The notes beneath the pieces were generated by a model. That model searched no databases and was not told the DNA's origin. It worked only from the letters and a program-made list of their open reading frames with translations. From an uncultured Gammaproteobacteria bacterium (lineage in GTDB: Bacteria > Pseudomonadota > Gammaproteobacteria > SZUA-229): a stretch of 64,000 nucleotides of DNA. Numbering within the stretch: position 1 is the stretch's first letter; each line of letters opens with the position of its first letter. Below are positions 39,450-50,763 of the stretch, one piece after another. Where the stretch lies: positions 5,593-69,592 of the forward strand of contig CALLCZ010000032.1 in NCBI GenBank assembly GCA_937998645.1, in the 5' to 3' direction. The translations under genes and the position numbers were made by a program.

Positions 39450-40397
39450 TCAGGGCAGGCGTGATTCGATCGATTCCATCAGTTGCCCGCCGATATCAAG
39501 ACCGTATTGCGTGTCCAGTTCTCGAATACAGGTGGGGCTGGTGATATTGATTTCTGTCAGGTAATCGCCAATCACATCCAGGCCGGCAAACAGGATCCCC
39601 ATTTCGCGTAGTACCGGTGCTACCTGAGTGCATATCCAGCGATCGCGGTCTGTCAGTGGCATGCCGATCCCGGTTGCGCCGGCGACAAGGTTACCCCTGG
39701 TTTCTCCAGCAGCTGGAACGCGAGCCAGAGCATGGGGAACAGGGTCGCCATCGATAAGCAGTATGCGCTTGTCTCCCTGGGTGATTTCAGGAATAAAGCG
39801 TTGGGCCATGATTGTTTTACTGTCGCCATTGGTCATGAGTTCCAGTATGACCGACAGGTTCTGGTTGTCTGGCTGAACCCTGAAAATGGAATGGCCGCCC
39901 ATGCTGTCAAGAGGTTTCAGAATGACATCCTGATGTTCTGCTACGAAGTGCCGGATTCGGCTGGATTCACTGCTGACCAGCATGGGCACGCAGCATTGAG
40001 GAAAGCAGGTGATAAACAGCTTTTCGTTGGCGTCACGCAGGCTTGCAGGTTTGTTAACGACCACAACGCCGGCGCGTTCGGCGCTATCGAGCAGCCAGGT
40101 GGTGGTAATATACTCAATATCAAATGGCGGGTCCTTGCGCATCAGTACAGCATCGAGTTCTGATAGTGCAATATCCTGGCTGGAAATGACGCTGAACCAG
40201 CTTTCTGGATCATCCTGCACCTTCAGTATTTGTGTCAGGGCGCGAGTGCTGCCCCCGTCCGAATACAGGTGTTGCTGGTTCATGTAATGCAGTTCCCAGC
40301 CGCGTCGCTGGGCGGCAAGCATCATGGCAAAACTGCTGTCTTTGACAATTTTGATGTGCTCGATTGGATCCATGACGATTCCAAGTTTTCGAGTCAT
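39450..40397 (-). CDS. gshB: glutathione synthetase
   Basis: 315 aa. ATP-grasp and GshB N-terminal domains, collinear with E. coli GshB. Confidence 0.9.
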   Translation of the reverse strand: MTRKLGIVMDPIEHIKIVKDSSFAMMLAAQRRGWELHYMNQQHLYSDGGSTRALTQILKVQDDPESWFSVISSQDIALSELDAVLMRKDPPFDIEYITTTWLLDSAERAGVVVVNKPASLRDANEKLFITCFPQCCVPMLVSSESSRIRHFVAEHQDVILKPLDSMGGHSIFRVQPDNQNLSVILELMTNGDSKTIMAQRFIPEITQGDKRILLIDGDPVPHALARVPAAGETRGNLVAGATGIGMPLTDRDRWICTQVAPVLREMGILFAGLDVIGDYLTEINITSPTCIRELDTQYGLDIGGQLMESIESRLP

Positions 40398-40548
40398 GCT
40401 ATTTCCGTTTTTCAGTCTATGAAGATGCTAAATGTAAATCAAATAATGTCTTTACACAATTCAATGTCTTATAAGCAAAGATTGATTGCGAATATAAATT
40501 TCTTGGTCTACATTCTTTGTATATCCACCTCTCTAGGGCTAATAATGA

Positions 40549-40959
40549 ATGAATGGTGCGGCAATGGCAGAAGATGTCGCTGAGTTGAATGACCTCAAGG
40601 TTATGGTCATCGACGACAGCAAAACGATTCGTCGAACAGCCGAGAACCTTCTTAAAAAAGAAGGTTGCGAAGTTGTTACGGCAGTAGACGGTTTTGAAGC
40701 GTTGTCAAAAATCGCAGAAACCAATCCGAATATTATTTTCGTAGATATTATGATGCCACGTCTTGACGGTTATCAGACGTGTGCTTTGATCAAAAATAAC
40801 AAGGCCTACAGGGAGACGCCGGTGATAATGCTGTCGAGTAAGGACAGTATTTTTGACCGTGCACGCGGACGAATTGTTGGTTCCACGCAGTATTTGACCA
40901 AGCCGTTTACCAAAGAAGACCTTATAGGTGCGATCAAGGAACATGCATCGGTAAAATAA
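40549..40959 (+). CDS. pilG: twitching-motility response regulator PilG (CheY-like)
   Basis: Near-identical to P. aeruginosa PilG across its length (LKVMVIDDSKTIRRTAE.LLKKEGC.V..A.DGF.AL.KIA.T.PNIIFVDIMMPRLDGYQTCALIKNN). Confidence 0.88.
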   Translation: MNGAAMAEDVAELNDLKVMVIDDSKTIRRTAENLLKKEGCEVVTAVDGFEALSKIAETNPNIIFVDIMMPRLDGYQTCALIKNNKAYRETPVIMLSSKDSIFDRARGRIVGSTQYLTKPFTKEDLIGAIKEHASVK

Positions 40960-41006
40960 TTGTGGGTGATATCAGATAAACAACGTTTAACAATGGTGAT
41001 TAAACA

Positions 41007-41372
41007 ATGGCGAAGATACTTGTAGTTGATGATTCTCCTACCGAGGTCCATGTATTACAGACCATTCTCGAGAAGAATGGTCATGAAGTTGTCGTGGCTG
41101 ATTCTGGCGAGGCGGGTATTCAAATAGCAAAAGAAGTCTTGCCGGATCTGGTGTTGATGGATGTAGTGATGCCGGGAATGAATGGCTTCCAGGCAACACG
41201 CCAGCTAACCAGGCAGTCAGAGACAGCAAAAATTCCTGTAATCATCGTAACCACCAAAGACCAGGAAACTGACAAGGTCTGGGCCAAGCGCCAGGGCGCC
41301 AGGGATTATATCGTCAAGCCAGTACAGGAAAAGGGTTTGATTGAACATGTAAACATGGTGCTATCAAGCTAG
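41007..41372 (+). CDS. pilH: response regulator PilH (CheY-like)
   Basis: 121 aa receiver, directly downstream of pilG. Confidence 0.85.
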   Translation: MAKILVVDDSPTEVHVLQTILEKNGHEVVVADSGEAGIQIAKEVLPDLVLMDVVMPGMNGFQATRQLTRQSETAKIPVIIVTTKDQETDKVWAKRQGARDYIVKPVQEKGLIEHVNMVLSS

Positions 41373-41393
41373 TTTACTATTGAAATAGTTACC

Positions 41394-41933
41394 ATGGAAA
41401 ATATCGACGACCCATTTGACTTATTACTGGATATCGAACAGCGCTGCCAGGCAAACGCGGCCGGGTTGCCAACGCTTGATAAAGCTGAAGATGAGTGGGT
41501 GGGTGTTGGTTTCAGGATAGGGGATGACAAACTTATTGCGCCCATGAATGAAATTGAGGAAATACTGGATTTACCTGCATTCACCAATATTCCAGGAGTG
41601 AAGTCATGGATGGTGGGCGTGGCCAATGTTCGTGGAGGCTTATTGCCGTTAATGGATCTGAGGGGTTTCATTCTTGGTGAGGACATAAAACAAAGAAAGA
41701 AAGGAAGAGTCATTGTGATTGACTATAAAGGATTCAATACAGGACTTATTGTTGAAGAAGTATATGGTATGAAACATTTTCAAATCAAGGATCAGTCAGA
41801 AGATATCCCGAGCTTGCATGAAAATGTGTCGAAATATGTAAACAAGGCTTTCTGTCAGGAAGGTGACAGTTGGCCGGTATTTAGTTTTCAGAATATGACG
41901 CAAGATGAACGGTTGGCTGAAGCGCCACTGTAA
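41394..41933 (+). CDS. pilI: CheW-like coupling protein PilI
   Basis: 179 aa CheW domain, positioned between pilH and pilJ. Confidence 0.75.
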   Translation: MENIDDPFDLLLDIEQRCQANAAGLPTLDKAEDEWVGVGFRIGDDKLIAPMNEIEEILDLPAFTNIPGVKSWMVGVANVRGGLLPLMDLRGFILGEDIKQRKKGRVIVIDYKGFNTGLIVEEVYGMKHFQIKDQSEDIPSLHENVSKYVNKAFCQEGDSWPVFSFQNMTQDERLAEAPL

Positions 41934-41962
41934 ATAAAAATAAAACTAGCCGGGCGATTCGG

Positions 41963-44062
41963 TTGAGTAGTAAATCGGAGACAACTTTAATGAGCGCTGA
42001 AAAGAAAAAACCAAGGCCAGCAGCAAGGGCGGTCAGCAGACCACTGGCCTTACTGGGTATAATACTTTTTATATCTATCTTTGTGATGTTGGGAAGTTTG
42101 CTTTACGTTGGCAACAAACGTGCAGACTTGCAAAAACATGTGGAGCTGGCCTCAGAGCAGTTACTGTTATCCCAGCTCATGACTACGCAGGCACTTGGTG
42201 CATCATCCGGTCGGGAATCGGATTTCGAAGCATTGCTTGATAGTCGTTATCGATTCGAGACAATACAGAATTCATATCGTTCTGGAGATCCAATGTCAGC
42301 AGTACCCCCATTGGGTGTGAAGCTGACGGTTCCCATGGAGCGTGCCGAGGAAATCTGGAGCAAATTTAATAACGATATTTCGACCATCCTCAATGGTAAG
42401 AAGCCTGTTTCAGAGGTGCGGGAGCTCTATACAGTAATCGATAGCTTCATTCCTCAGTTGCTCACCTTCTCTGACGAGGTGGTTGGTGTGCTCATGAAGA
42501 AAGGTGCTTCATCAAGGCAGATCTATCTCGCCACTCGCCAGATGATGTTGTCGCAGCGCATTAAGAACAATCTTAACCAGGTTCTGGCAGGCGGCGAGCA
42601 GGCGGCAGCGGCGGCTGATCGTTTTGGTCGGGATGCTGCATTATTTGGCAGGGTTCTTGAGGGCCTGCTCAAGGGCTCCAGCTCATTAAATATCGAAAAG
42701 GTAACGGACAAGGAAGCTGTCGCCAAACTACGTGAAGTGGCAATGCTTATCAGTGCGGTAAGTGACAATATTGCGGGCATACTTGAATTGTCACCCGAGT
42801 TGTTTGAAGTTAAAGATGCTGCAAGCAGGTTAACATCCGAGAGTGCCAACCTGCTTGCTGAGTTGAGAGCATTTCAGCATGCAATTTCCAGCCAGTCACA
42901 AACACTGGACATAATTCAGCTGGCAGGTGTGGGTTCTGGTGCTCTGGCGGTTATACTTATTATTATCGGCGGTATCCTGATGTTGCGAGATGCGAAAGCA
43001 CGTGAGGAACAGGCGCTGGAAAACAACCGAAGAAACCAGCATGCGATTCTGCGGCTGCTGGATGAAATGGCCAACCTGGCTGACGGTGATCTTACTGTAC
43101 ACACCACGGTAACAGAGGAAATTACAGGTGCGATTGCAGACTCGGTGAATTTTGCGATCGACGCCCTGCGTTCACTGGTAACAACCATCAATAACACCTC
43201 AACCGAGGTAACAACATCAACATCAAACGTGCAGGGGACTGCGAAGTCGCTTGCTGAAGCGAGTAACCATCAGGCGCGTGAAATTGCTTCGGCGAGTGCA
43301 GCGATTACCGATATGGCCGAATCGATGGAGAATGTAACAAAAGAGGCAGCAGAGTCAGCCGAGGTGGCGCGTCAATCGATGGAAATCGCGCAAAAAGGCG
43401 CGGGCGTGGTACGTGAAACGATCGGCAGTATGGAAAGTATTCGAGAAACCATTCAGGAAACGTCGAAACGTATTAAACGACTTGGAGAATCATCCCAGGA
43501 AATTGGCGACATCGTGGGTCTGATTACGGAAATTGCTGATCAGACGAACATTCTTGCATTGAACGCAGCGATTCAGGCATCTACCGCGGGTGATGCCGGG
43601 CGTGGTTTCGCTGTGGTTGCAGACGAAGTGCAACGACTCGCTGAACGTGCCGGTAATGCAACCAAGCAGATTGAAACACTCGTTAACACGATTCAGGCGG
43701 ATACCAATGAAGCTATCACTTCGATGGAAGTGAGTACGGCAGGTGTTGTTAGCGGCGCCAAACGCGCCGAAGACGCGGGTAAGGCGCTAAGAGAAATTGA
43801 GAATGTATCAACAAGTCTTGCCAATCTGATTGAGGGTATCTCTGAATCAGCAAAGAAACAATCAGCTATTGCTAATGATGTGTCCAAAACCATGAACGTT
43901 ATTCAGCAGATTACCTTGAAGACATCGGAGGGAACAGAGGAAACATCATCATCATTGAGCTCTTTGAATGAGCTCGCTAATGAGCTGCAGCGTTCAGTTT
44001 CCGGCTTCAAGCTTCCTGCGCAAGGTGCCGGTAAGGTTGATGCAGTAGTTCTTGATAGTTAG
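41963..44062 (+). CDS. pilJ: methyl-accepting chemotaxis-like sensor PilJ
   Basis: 699 aa. N-terminal TM, periplasmic domain, second TM, HAMP, and the MCP signalling domain with the highly conserved hairpin region (…[34 protein letters not shown]…). Confidence 0.88.
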   Translation: MSSKSETTLMSAEKKKPRPAARAVSRPLALLGIILFISIFVMLGSLLYVGNKRADLQKHVELASEQLLLSQLMTTQALGASSGRESDFEALLDSRYRFETIQNSYRSGDPMSAVPPLGVKLTVPMERAEEIWSKFNNDISTILNGKKPVSEVRELYTVIDSFIPQLLTFSDEVVGVLMKKGASSRQIYLATRQMMLSQRIKNNLNQVLAGGEQAAAAADRFGRDAALFGRVLEGLLKGSSSLNIEKVTDKEAVAKLREVAMLISAVSDNIAGILELSPELFEVKDAASRLTSESANLLAELRAFQHAISSQSQTLDIIQLAGVGSGALAVILIIIGGILMLRDAKAREEQALENNRRNQHAILRLLDEMANLADGDLTVHTTVTEEITGAIADSVNFAIDALRSLVTTINNTSTEVTTSTSNVQGTAKSLAEASNHQAREIASASAAITDMAESMENVTKEAAESAEVARQSMEIAQKGAGVVRETIGSMESIRETIQETSKRIKRLGESSQEIGDIVGLITEIADQTNILALNAAIQASTAGDAGRGFAVVADEVQRLAERAGNATKQIETLVNTIQADTNEAITSMEVSTAGVVSGAKRAEDAGKALREIENVSTSLANLIEGISESAKKQSAIANDVSKTMNVIQQITLKTSEGTEETSSSLSSLNELANELQRSVSGFKLPAQGAGKVDAVVLDS

Positions 44063-44115
44063 CAGAATTCATGAATATTACACTAACAGGTAATATGAGC
44101 ACGGGTAACCTGTAA

Positions 44116-47100
44116 ATGAAGCCAAACGGAACAGTTGAATATAACTCCCTCAGCTGGGTCAAGCAGCAGCTTGATACAGTGTTAAATGACGCACAGTCAT
44201 CACTTTCAGAATATATCGAAAACAATGATGATGAAGCATTGATGCAGGACTGTATTGAGGGGCTGCATCTTGCTGGCGGCACCTTGCAGATGGTCGAGGT
44301 ATTCGGTGCGGCTATGCTTGCAGAAGAAATGGAACATACTGCTAAAGCAATACTCGAGGGTAGTGTAGATCACAGGGACGATGCATATGATGTATTGATG
44401 CGTGCAATGCTTCAGCTGCCTGATTACCTGGAGGGTCTGCAAGCGGGTAACAAGGACGTCCCGATGACATTACTGCCATTGATGAATGACTTGCGCACTA
44501 TTCGCAAGGAGAGCCTGCTGACAGAAAATGTACTTTTCTTCCCGGATATGGATGTCGTAGATGTAGATGTGGAGCATGTAAATGCACCTCATACAGAGGC
44601 TGGCAGATTATATGGCGAAGCGAAGCGCTTAAGAACGCACTATCAGCTGGGTCTTCTTGATCTGTTTAAAAACAACAAGCGGCGTGCAGGATGTCAGCGC
44701 ATGCTTGCAGTCATTGTCTCTCTTGAAAATGCTTCAGTTGAACAACCGGTAAGACGTTTCTGGTCTGTTATCGCGGCATTGCTGGAAGGTCTGAATGAAG
44801 AAGGTATAGATTCCAGTGTTAGTGTAAAAATGCTTTTAGGTGGTGTTGATCGCCAGATAAAGCTGCTGATTGATCTCGGTGAAGATGGTTTTTCGGAGCA
44901 ATTCTCACAGGAGCTTCTGAGGAACGTCCTTTACTACGTTGGCAACAGTGTATCCAGTGGCGAGCGTGTAACGCGGATCAAGGAGATGTATAAACTTGAA
45001 GAGTTACTCGCATCCGCTGCGGAAGGTATGGAAACGGGTATGGGTGGGCTCAATGCCGAATTGTTCGCCACTGTTTCGCAAGGCATCAAGGAAGATCTTG
45101 CCCAGGTAAAAGATGCGCTTGAGATATTTATTTATAGTAATAACAGAAAGATCGCGGATCTGGAACCGCTACTGGAGCAGTTGACAAGAATTGGCGATAC
45201 CTATGCAATGCTGGGCCTGGGTGACGCGAGAGCCAAAGTGCTTGAGCAGAAAGATAACGTTCAGGGCATCATAGAAGGTAACACTGAAGTAAGCGAGGAA
45301 GCCATCTCTGCTATAGCCGGTGAACTGCTTGGTGCAGAATCGGATCTGGATAACTATGTCGCAAGGCGCACTGGTTTGGCTGATGTCGATGATGAAGACA
45401 GTATTGTCCCGGCCTCTGAATATCGCGACGTTATTTCTACTGTTGTGGCGCAGGGGCTGCAGAATTTCACTGATGCCAAGGAGGCAATCCTTGCATTTAC
45501 CAGCGGCTCCGGCAGCAAAGATGAATTGCAGTCGGTTCTGAGTTTGCTGGAGGAGGTCAGAGGCGTATCAATGATATTGCCTATGGCGCAAGTGGAGGCA
45601 ATGCTCGTTAATGTAAAAGATTACGTAAGAGTTGTACTGCTTGAGAATGGCCACCGGCCTGATGAAGAAGAGCAAGATAAGGTTGCAGATGTTGTGACTG
45701 CAATTGAATATTTCTTCGAAGCCATCTCTGAAGGCCGCCCTGGCGTTGAGGCAGGCCTGCGCACTGGTGAAGAAGCATTAAAAACGCTGATCGAAGTCCA
45801 TGATCGTTATCAATCAGTTGATACTCCAGCACAGCCAGGTGAAGTGGCTGACGAGGCTGCTGAAAAAAAGTCGATAACAAATGAGGAAAATTCAGCTGCA
45901 GAAGCGGCTGAAGTCGTTGATTTACGTCAACCGGAAATAAGCCTGGCGCAGACCAGGCCAAAGCCCGAGCCCAGGCCTGTTACCCAGGAAGCATTTGATC
46001 CAGAGGCCGAGTATGGTGAATTCGAGATACTTGGCAATGATGCAGATGAAGAAATACTCGAAATCTTTATCGAAGAAGCCCTGGAAGTACTTGAAGAGCT
46101 TCATACCAACCTTCCGCAATGGAAATCCAATACAAATGACGTAGAGGCACTTACTGTTGTTCGAAGGTGTTTTCATACGCTTAAAGGAAGTGGTCGCCTG
46201 ATCGGTGCTCAGTTAATTGGCGAGTTTTCCTGGAAATTTGAAAACATGCTCAATCGCGTTATTGATCAACAGATAGAGCCGGACGCTAATGTCCTGAGTG
46301 CTCTGGATGAGGCTGTTGCTGTGTTGCCTCAGCTGATCGAGCAGTTGCAGGGTAACAGAGAGCCTGTACCCCGTGTGTATAATTTGATGGCGACTGCTGA
46401 TGCGCTTTCAGAAGGTAGAGAACCGCAGATTGTCACTGAACATGCAGCCAGAACAGAAGCCGAGGTGGTTATAGAAGAGACGCCAGCTGAAGACGATGTA
46501 TTCGAACAAGCGGATTTCAGCGAAGTTGAAATTGAAGTCGATGAAATCAACCTCGCGGACATGGGGCAGGCTGTAGAAGAAGGTATTGAGGATCTGGATT
46601 TCAATGAGATAGCCCAGGAAGGTGAAATCAACCTGGAAATAACAGAGCAGCCAATCGATGACGAATTTGTTGAGCAGCTGGAATCCGGCGTAACTGCAGT
46701 TGAAGATGAATTCAGCATTGATGTGACTGAAGAAGAGCTTGAGTCTGGAGATGAGATTTCTCTGTTATCAGGTGATGAACTTGAAATCAGCGCAGGTTTC
46801 GACGATGTTGATGTGGATGCTGAAACGCTGGCAGAAACAACACAGTCAAGTGATGAGCTGACTTTTGAAATAGATGAGCCGGAGGTGGTCGATGTAGCAG
46901 ATAGTGAACACACTGCCGGGATGGATCCAGTTCTATTTCAGATTTATTATGATGAAAGTCTTGGTCATATCAGTCTTGTTGAAGAATTACTCGAAGCACA
47001 CAACAATAAAAGTCAGCCATTAACCGCAAGCAAAGAACTTATTCGTGCATTCCATACACTTTATGGAAGTGCGCGTACCGCGGAGATTGATCAGATATCT

Positions 47101-49965
47101 GAAATATGCGGCTTGACCGAGAAGTACATTAAAACAAAGCAGGAAGCGCGTGACCTGACAATCAGTGCAGAGATGGTTGCGCTGATTACTGAGGTTGTGA
47201 AAAAGCTTCGTTCAATGCTGGATGAGATCAGGTCCGGCACAGCCCCATCACCTGACAGGAATTTGCTGGAAAATGTCAATAAGGCGATACAGGAAGAACT
47301 GAAGCAACAACTGCTGAAATCATGGGATGGTGATGAGCTCAGTGCCGAATCAGTTTTCGATGCCGATGACGATATAGATACTGAAGTCGAAATCGAAGCA
47401 GTAACCGATATTGGAACAGATGAGATTGAAGTTGAGGTAGAACTAACCGAAGAAGAAATCACTCACGACTCGTATGAAGAGCAGACTGAAATTCAGGTTG
47501 AAGAGCCGGTTAATGATGAGTCAGCCGCTGCTGTAATTTCATACGATGATATAGACAGTGATTTGATTGAAATCTTTATTGAAGAAGCTGACGAGTTGAT
47601 CGAAAGTTGCGAAGCAACGCTGCAAAAAATAACAAATAATCCGGATGATACTGACAGTATTCATCAGCTGCAGCGTTATATGCATACGCTGAAAGGTGGC
47701 GCACGCATGGCCGAGCTGACTCCGGTCGGTGATTTAACGCATTTGCTGGAGTCGCTTGTTGTCAAGCTGTCAGAAAAGCAGGTCAAAGCCGACAAAGCTT
47801 TGTTTGATATTTTGAATGAATCTGTAGATCGCCTGGCGGTAATGCTCAAGGATGTTAAGGACCGTGCGCCGATTCAGACTGCCACTGACCTGATTGTGCA
47901 ACTCGAGGCATTGATGAAAGGCGAGTTGCATGAGAAACGTGCAGTAGACCGATTTGATATCGAGCTTGATGACCTCAATATGGATGCGTCAAGTGAAGAG
48001 GCAGGGACAGATGCTGTACAGGAAGCTGAAACCATTGAGGGAGAACAGGCGTCTGCAGAGAAGCATTTTGGTCGTCGTGCTACAGACAAGCTGGAAAGTG
48101 CCCAGTGGGGCGAACGTGCGACCGATGCTAATGTGCGCGAATCTCAGGAGCAGATCCGTGTACGCGCTGATTTGTTGAATGAGCTTGTGAATTCGGCCGG
48201 TGAGGTCAATATACATCATGCTCGTATGGGGAAGCAGATGAGTGATCTCGGCTTCAACCTTAACGAGCTTGAGTCAACAGTTGTGCGTCTCAAACAGCAG
48301 CTGCGTAATCTTGAAATCGAGACAGAAATCCAGATCCGCTCATCTTTTGAAAAAGAATCCGATCTGTATGATGATGATTTTGATCCGCTGGAAATGGACA
48401 AGTACTCGACAATACAGCAGCTGTCGCGAAGCTTGACTGAGACAGCCAGTGACGTTGAGAGTATTCGAGAGATTCTCAGTGATATTGTACGTGATTCAGA
48501 AACCTTGCTGCTCCAGGAGTCGCGGGTAAGCACGGAATTACAGGAAGGCCTGATGCGTACCCGTATGGTTCGTTTTGGCGGCCTGTCAACACGCCTGCGC
48601 AGAATTGTCAGACAGACATCAAGGGAGATTGGCAAGGAAGTTGAACTTGAGATTATTGGTGATAGCAATGAGCTGGACCGAACCATTCTTGATCGTGTAA
48701 TCGCTCCACTTGAGCATATGCTGCGTAATGCGGTTGCACACGGCATAGAAGCGCCGGATAAACGAAATGCAGCAGGCAAGGATGAGACAGGGCATATCAC
48801 CATCATGGTTGATCGTCAGGGTGCTGATGTTGTAATAAAAGTAAGTGATGATGGTGCAGGTATAGACGCGAGTGCAATTCGAGCGAAAGCGATTAAACAG
48901 AATCTATTGAACGCTGATAGCAAGGTCAGCGACCGTGACGTACTGCAGTTTATCCTGAAGTCAGGTTTCAGTACTGCTGAAACGGTATCTCAGGTTGCTG
49001 GCCGCGGAGTGGGCATGGACGTTGTGGACGCTGAGCTGAAGCAGCTTGGTGGTGTGCTTGAAATTGATACGGCTGCAGGCAAGGGGACTGAATTCACCAT
49101 AAGGTTGCCGCTTACGCTGGCAATTAATCAGGCCTTGCTGGTGAGTGCTGGTGAAGATGTTTACGCGATCCCACTGGCGAGTATTGAAGGTGTCGTTCGT
49201 GTAACTGGCGCTGAGCTGCAGAGGTTCTATGATAGTGAACAGGAGATGTACGAGTTTAATAATGTCGAGTATGAGCTGAAACATCTTGGTGAGCTGTTGA
49301 CCGGCCAGAAGCCAGGCTATGGTGAGCAATACGGCTTATATCCTTTATTACTGGCCCAGATCGGTAACAGCCATTTTGCATTGCATGTAGATGACCTGGT
49401 TGGTCGCCGCGAGATTGTAGTGAAACCCGTAGGTCATCAGATAGGCATGGTTCGTGGTATTGCCGGAGCTACCATCCTTGCAGACGGACATGTTGTGTTG
49501 ATTCTGGAAATGTCAGCACTGGTCGTTGGTGAAAGTCTGTTCAGGAAACCTGAATCTACCGCTGCCGTAGAAGAACCGATAGCGGAGAAGGTTGAAGAAA
49601 GGACAATTATGGTAGTGGATGATTCGATTACCATCCGTAAGGTAACCGCTCGCATGCTTGAGCGTAATGGCATACAGGTGCTGCTGGCAAAAGACGGTAT
49701 TGACGCAACAAATCAGCTGATTGATGTGAAACCGGACTTGATGTTGCTGGATATCGAAATGCCCAGGATGGATGGATTTGAACTGGCCACCTACATCAGA
49801 AATGATGATCGTCTTAAAGATCTTCCAATAATTATGATCACCTCCCGTACTGGTGAGAAGCATAAGGAAAAAGCAATGGAAATTGGTGTTAACCAGTATC
49901 TTGGTAAGCCCTACCAGGAAGAAGAGTTGATGGAAAACATCAATGATATCCTTGGAGTGCATTAA
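44116..49965 (+). CDS. chpA: ChpA/PilL giant CheA-like hybrid histidine kinase (multiple Hpt domains, kinase core, CheW domain, C-terminal receiver)
   Basis: 1949 aa. At least three Hpt-like HTLKG motifs (FHTLKGSGRLIGAQ, FHTLYGSARTAEI, MHTLKGGARMAEL). HATPase G-boxes (DDGAGID, GRGVGMDVV) and a C-terminal receiver (MVVDDSITIRK...LLDIEMPRMDG). Long acidic low-complexity linkers. Confidence 0.88.
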   Translation: MKPNGTVEYNSLSWVKQQLDTVLNDAQSSLSEYIENNDDEALMQDCIEGLHLAGGTLQMVEVFGAAMLAEEMEHTAKAILEGSVDHRDDAYDVLMRAMLQLPDYLEGLQAGNKDVPMTLLPLMNDLRTIRKESLLTENVLFFPDMDVVDVDVEHVNAPHTEAGRLYGEAKRLRTHYQLGLLDLFKNNKRRAGCQRMLAVIVSLENASVEQPVRRFWSVIAALLEGLNEEGIDSSVSVKMLLGGVDRQIKLLIDLGEDGFSEQFSQELLRNVLYYVGNSVSSGERVTRIKEMYKLEELLASAAEGMETGMGGLNAELFATVSQGIKEDLAQVKDALEIFIYSNNRKIADLEPLLEQLTRIGDTYAMLGLGDARAKVLEQKDNVQGIIEGNTEVSEEAISAIAGELLGAESDLDNYVARRTGLADVDDEDSIVPASEYRDVISTVVAQGLQNFTDAKEAILAFTSGSGSKDELQSVLSLLEEVRGVSMILPMAQVEAMLVNVKDYVRVVLLENGHRPDEEEQDKVADVVTAIEYFFEAISEGRPGVEAGLRTGEEALKTLIEVHDRYQSVDTPAQPGEVADEAAEKKSITNEENSAAEAAEVVDLRQPEISLAQTRPKPEPRPVTQEAFDPEAEYGEFEILGNDADEEILEIFIEEALEVLEELHTNLPQWKSNTNDVEALTVVRRCFHTLKGSGRLIGAQLIGEFSWKFENMLNRVIDQQIEPDANVLSALDEAVAVLPQLIEQLQGNREPVPRVYNLMATADALSEGREPQIVTEHAARTEAEVVIEETPAEDDVFEQADFSEVEIEVDEINLADMGQAVEEGIEDLDFNEIAQEGEINLEITEQPIDDEFVEQLESGVTAVEDEFSIDVTEEELESGDEISLLSGDELEISAGFDDVDVDAETLAETTQSSDELTFEIDEPEVVDVADSEHTAGMDPVLFQIYYDESLGHISLVEELLEAHNNKSQPLTASKELIRAFHTLYGSARTAEIDQISEICGLTEKYIKTKQEARDLTISAEMVALITEVVKKLRSMLDEIRSGTAPSPDRNLLENVNKAIQEELKQQLLKSWDGDELSAESVFDADDDIDTEVEIEAVTDIGTDEIEVEVELTEEEITHDSYEEQTEIQVEEPVNDESAAAVISYDDIDSDLIEIFIEEADELIESCEATLQKITNNPDDTDSIHQLQRYMHTLKGGARMAELTPVGDLTHLLESLVVKLSEKQVKADKALFDILNESVDRLAVMLKDVKDRAPIQTATDLIVQLEALMKGELHEKRAVDRFDIELDDLNMDASSEEAGTDAVQEAETIEGEQASAEKHFGRRATDKLESAQWGERATDANVRESQEQIRVRADLLNELVNSAGEVNIHHARMGKQMSDLGFNLNELESTVVRLKQQLRNLEIETEIQIRSSFEKESDLYDDDFDPLEMDKYSTIQQLSRSLTETASDVESIREILSDIVRDSETLLLQESRVSTELQEGLMRTRMVRFGGLSTRLRRIVRQTSREIGKEVELEIIGDSNELDRTILDRVIAPLEHMLRNAVAHGIEAPDKRNAAGKDETGHITIMVDRQGADVVIKVSDDGAGIDASAIRAKAIKQNLLNADSKVSDRDVLQFILKSGFSTAETVSQVAGRGVGMDVVDAELKQLGGVLEIDTAAGKGTEFTIRLPLTLAINQALLVSAGEDVYAIPLASIEGVVRVTGAELQRFYDSEQEMYEFNNVEYELKHLGELLTGQKPGYGEQYGLYPLLLAQIGNSHFALHVDDLVGRREIVVKPVGHQIGMVRGIAGATILADGHVVLILEMSALVVGESLFRKPESTAAVEEPIAEKVEERTIMVVDDSITIRKVTARMLERNGIQVLLAKDGIDATNQLIDVKPDLMLLDIEMPRMDGFELATYIRNDDRLKDLPIIMITSRTGEKHKEKAMEIGVNQYLGKPYQEEELMENINDILGVH

Positions 49966-49967
49966 AT

Positions 49968-50441
49968 ATGGAATACAACAACCAGCTTATCAAGAGCATT
50001 ATCCTGACACTGAAAAACGAGTTGGTGATGGTGCCTAATGCAGCAGTTGCGGAAATAATATCTGTTAATGAAGTAAGTGAAGTTGATGGATCGCCGCAAT
50101 GGATGCTGGGTAAGGCCAGGTGGCGCGGTGTTGAATTACCTGTGATCTCATACGAGGCGGCAGGCGGAGATAGCGCGCAGGACGTTAATATCAATACCCA
50201 GGTTGCCGTGATGTATACAGTCAGCGACGAGACAGAGCAAGACAAAGCGTATTCATATATCGGGCTGGCCATACATGGCGTTCCACATGTAAGTACTTTT
50301 TCCAGGGGCCAGATTAAAATCGATGATCAGGCGTTGGCTGGGCACCCCATGGTGGCGCAAAAAGTCAGAATTAATGGCGCCGCCGCCGGGATTCTGGATA
50401 TTTACGCAATCGAGGAAATGCTGCAGCAGGCAGCCATTTAA
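49968..50441 (+). CDS. chpC: CheW-like protein (ChpC-like)
   Basis: 157 aa single CheW-like domain, immediately after chpA. Confidence 0.6.
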   Translation: MEYNNQLIKSIILTLKNELVMVPNAAVAEIISVNEVSEVDGSPQWMLGKARWRGVELPVISYEAAGGDSAQDVNINTQVAVMYTVSDETEQDKAYSYIGLAIHGVPHVSTFSRGQIKIDDQALAGHPMVAQKVRINGAAAGILDIYAIEEMLQQAAI

Positions 50442-50475
50442 CTCTCGGCCTCGTTACGGAATTGATCTTTAGTCT

Positions 50476-50743
50476 CGCAAAGGCGCAAAGAACGCAAAGG
50501 TGAAATAAATCTTTTGTTGTATGAAATCGTATCGTTTCATTTTTTTCTTTTACGCTAAAGTAGCACCACAAACCACTAAACCAGTGGCGTAGGCCGGCAT
50601 AAGCGAAGCGTAGCCGGCGTCAATATTCATGACCTCAGAGCCTGTCCCGTGTTAATCGAGGAAGCGCAGAGGTAAGACATATCTTCTATTACATAAATAA
50701 TCTATTCACAGGATTTTGCCTTTGCGTTCTTTGCGCCTTGGCG
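50476..50743. mobile_element. MITE-like element with 25-bp terminal inverted repeats CGCAAAGGCGCAAAGAACGCAAAGG
   Basis: Seen directly: the left repeat at 50476–50500 is the reverse complement (1 mismatch) of 50719–50743. The core is about 215 bp with no ORF. Confidence 0.55.
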
Positions 50744-50763
50744 AGAGAAAATACTACAACCCT

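Noticed and set aside
46329-46913. 194-aa Ser-rich ORF antisense to chpA, plus other antisense ORFs at 47091–47462 and 48216–48806
   Set aside because: They lie opposite the GAA/GAT-rich acidic linker of chpA. Complementary TTC/ATC codons automatically give long Ser/Ile-rich open frames. No start context or homology.
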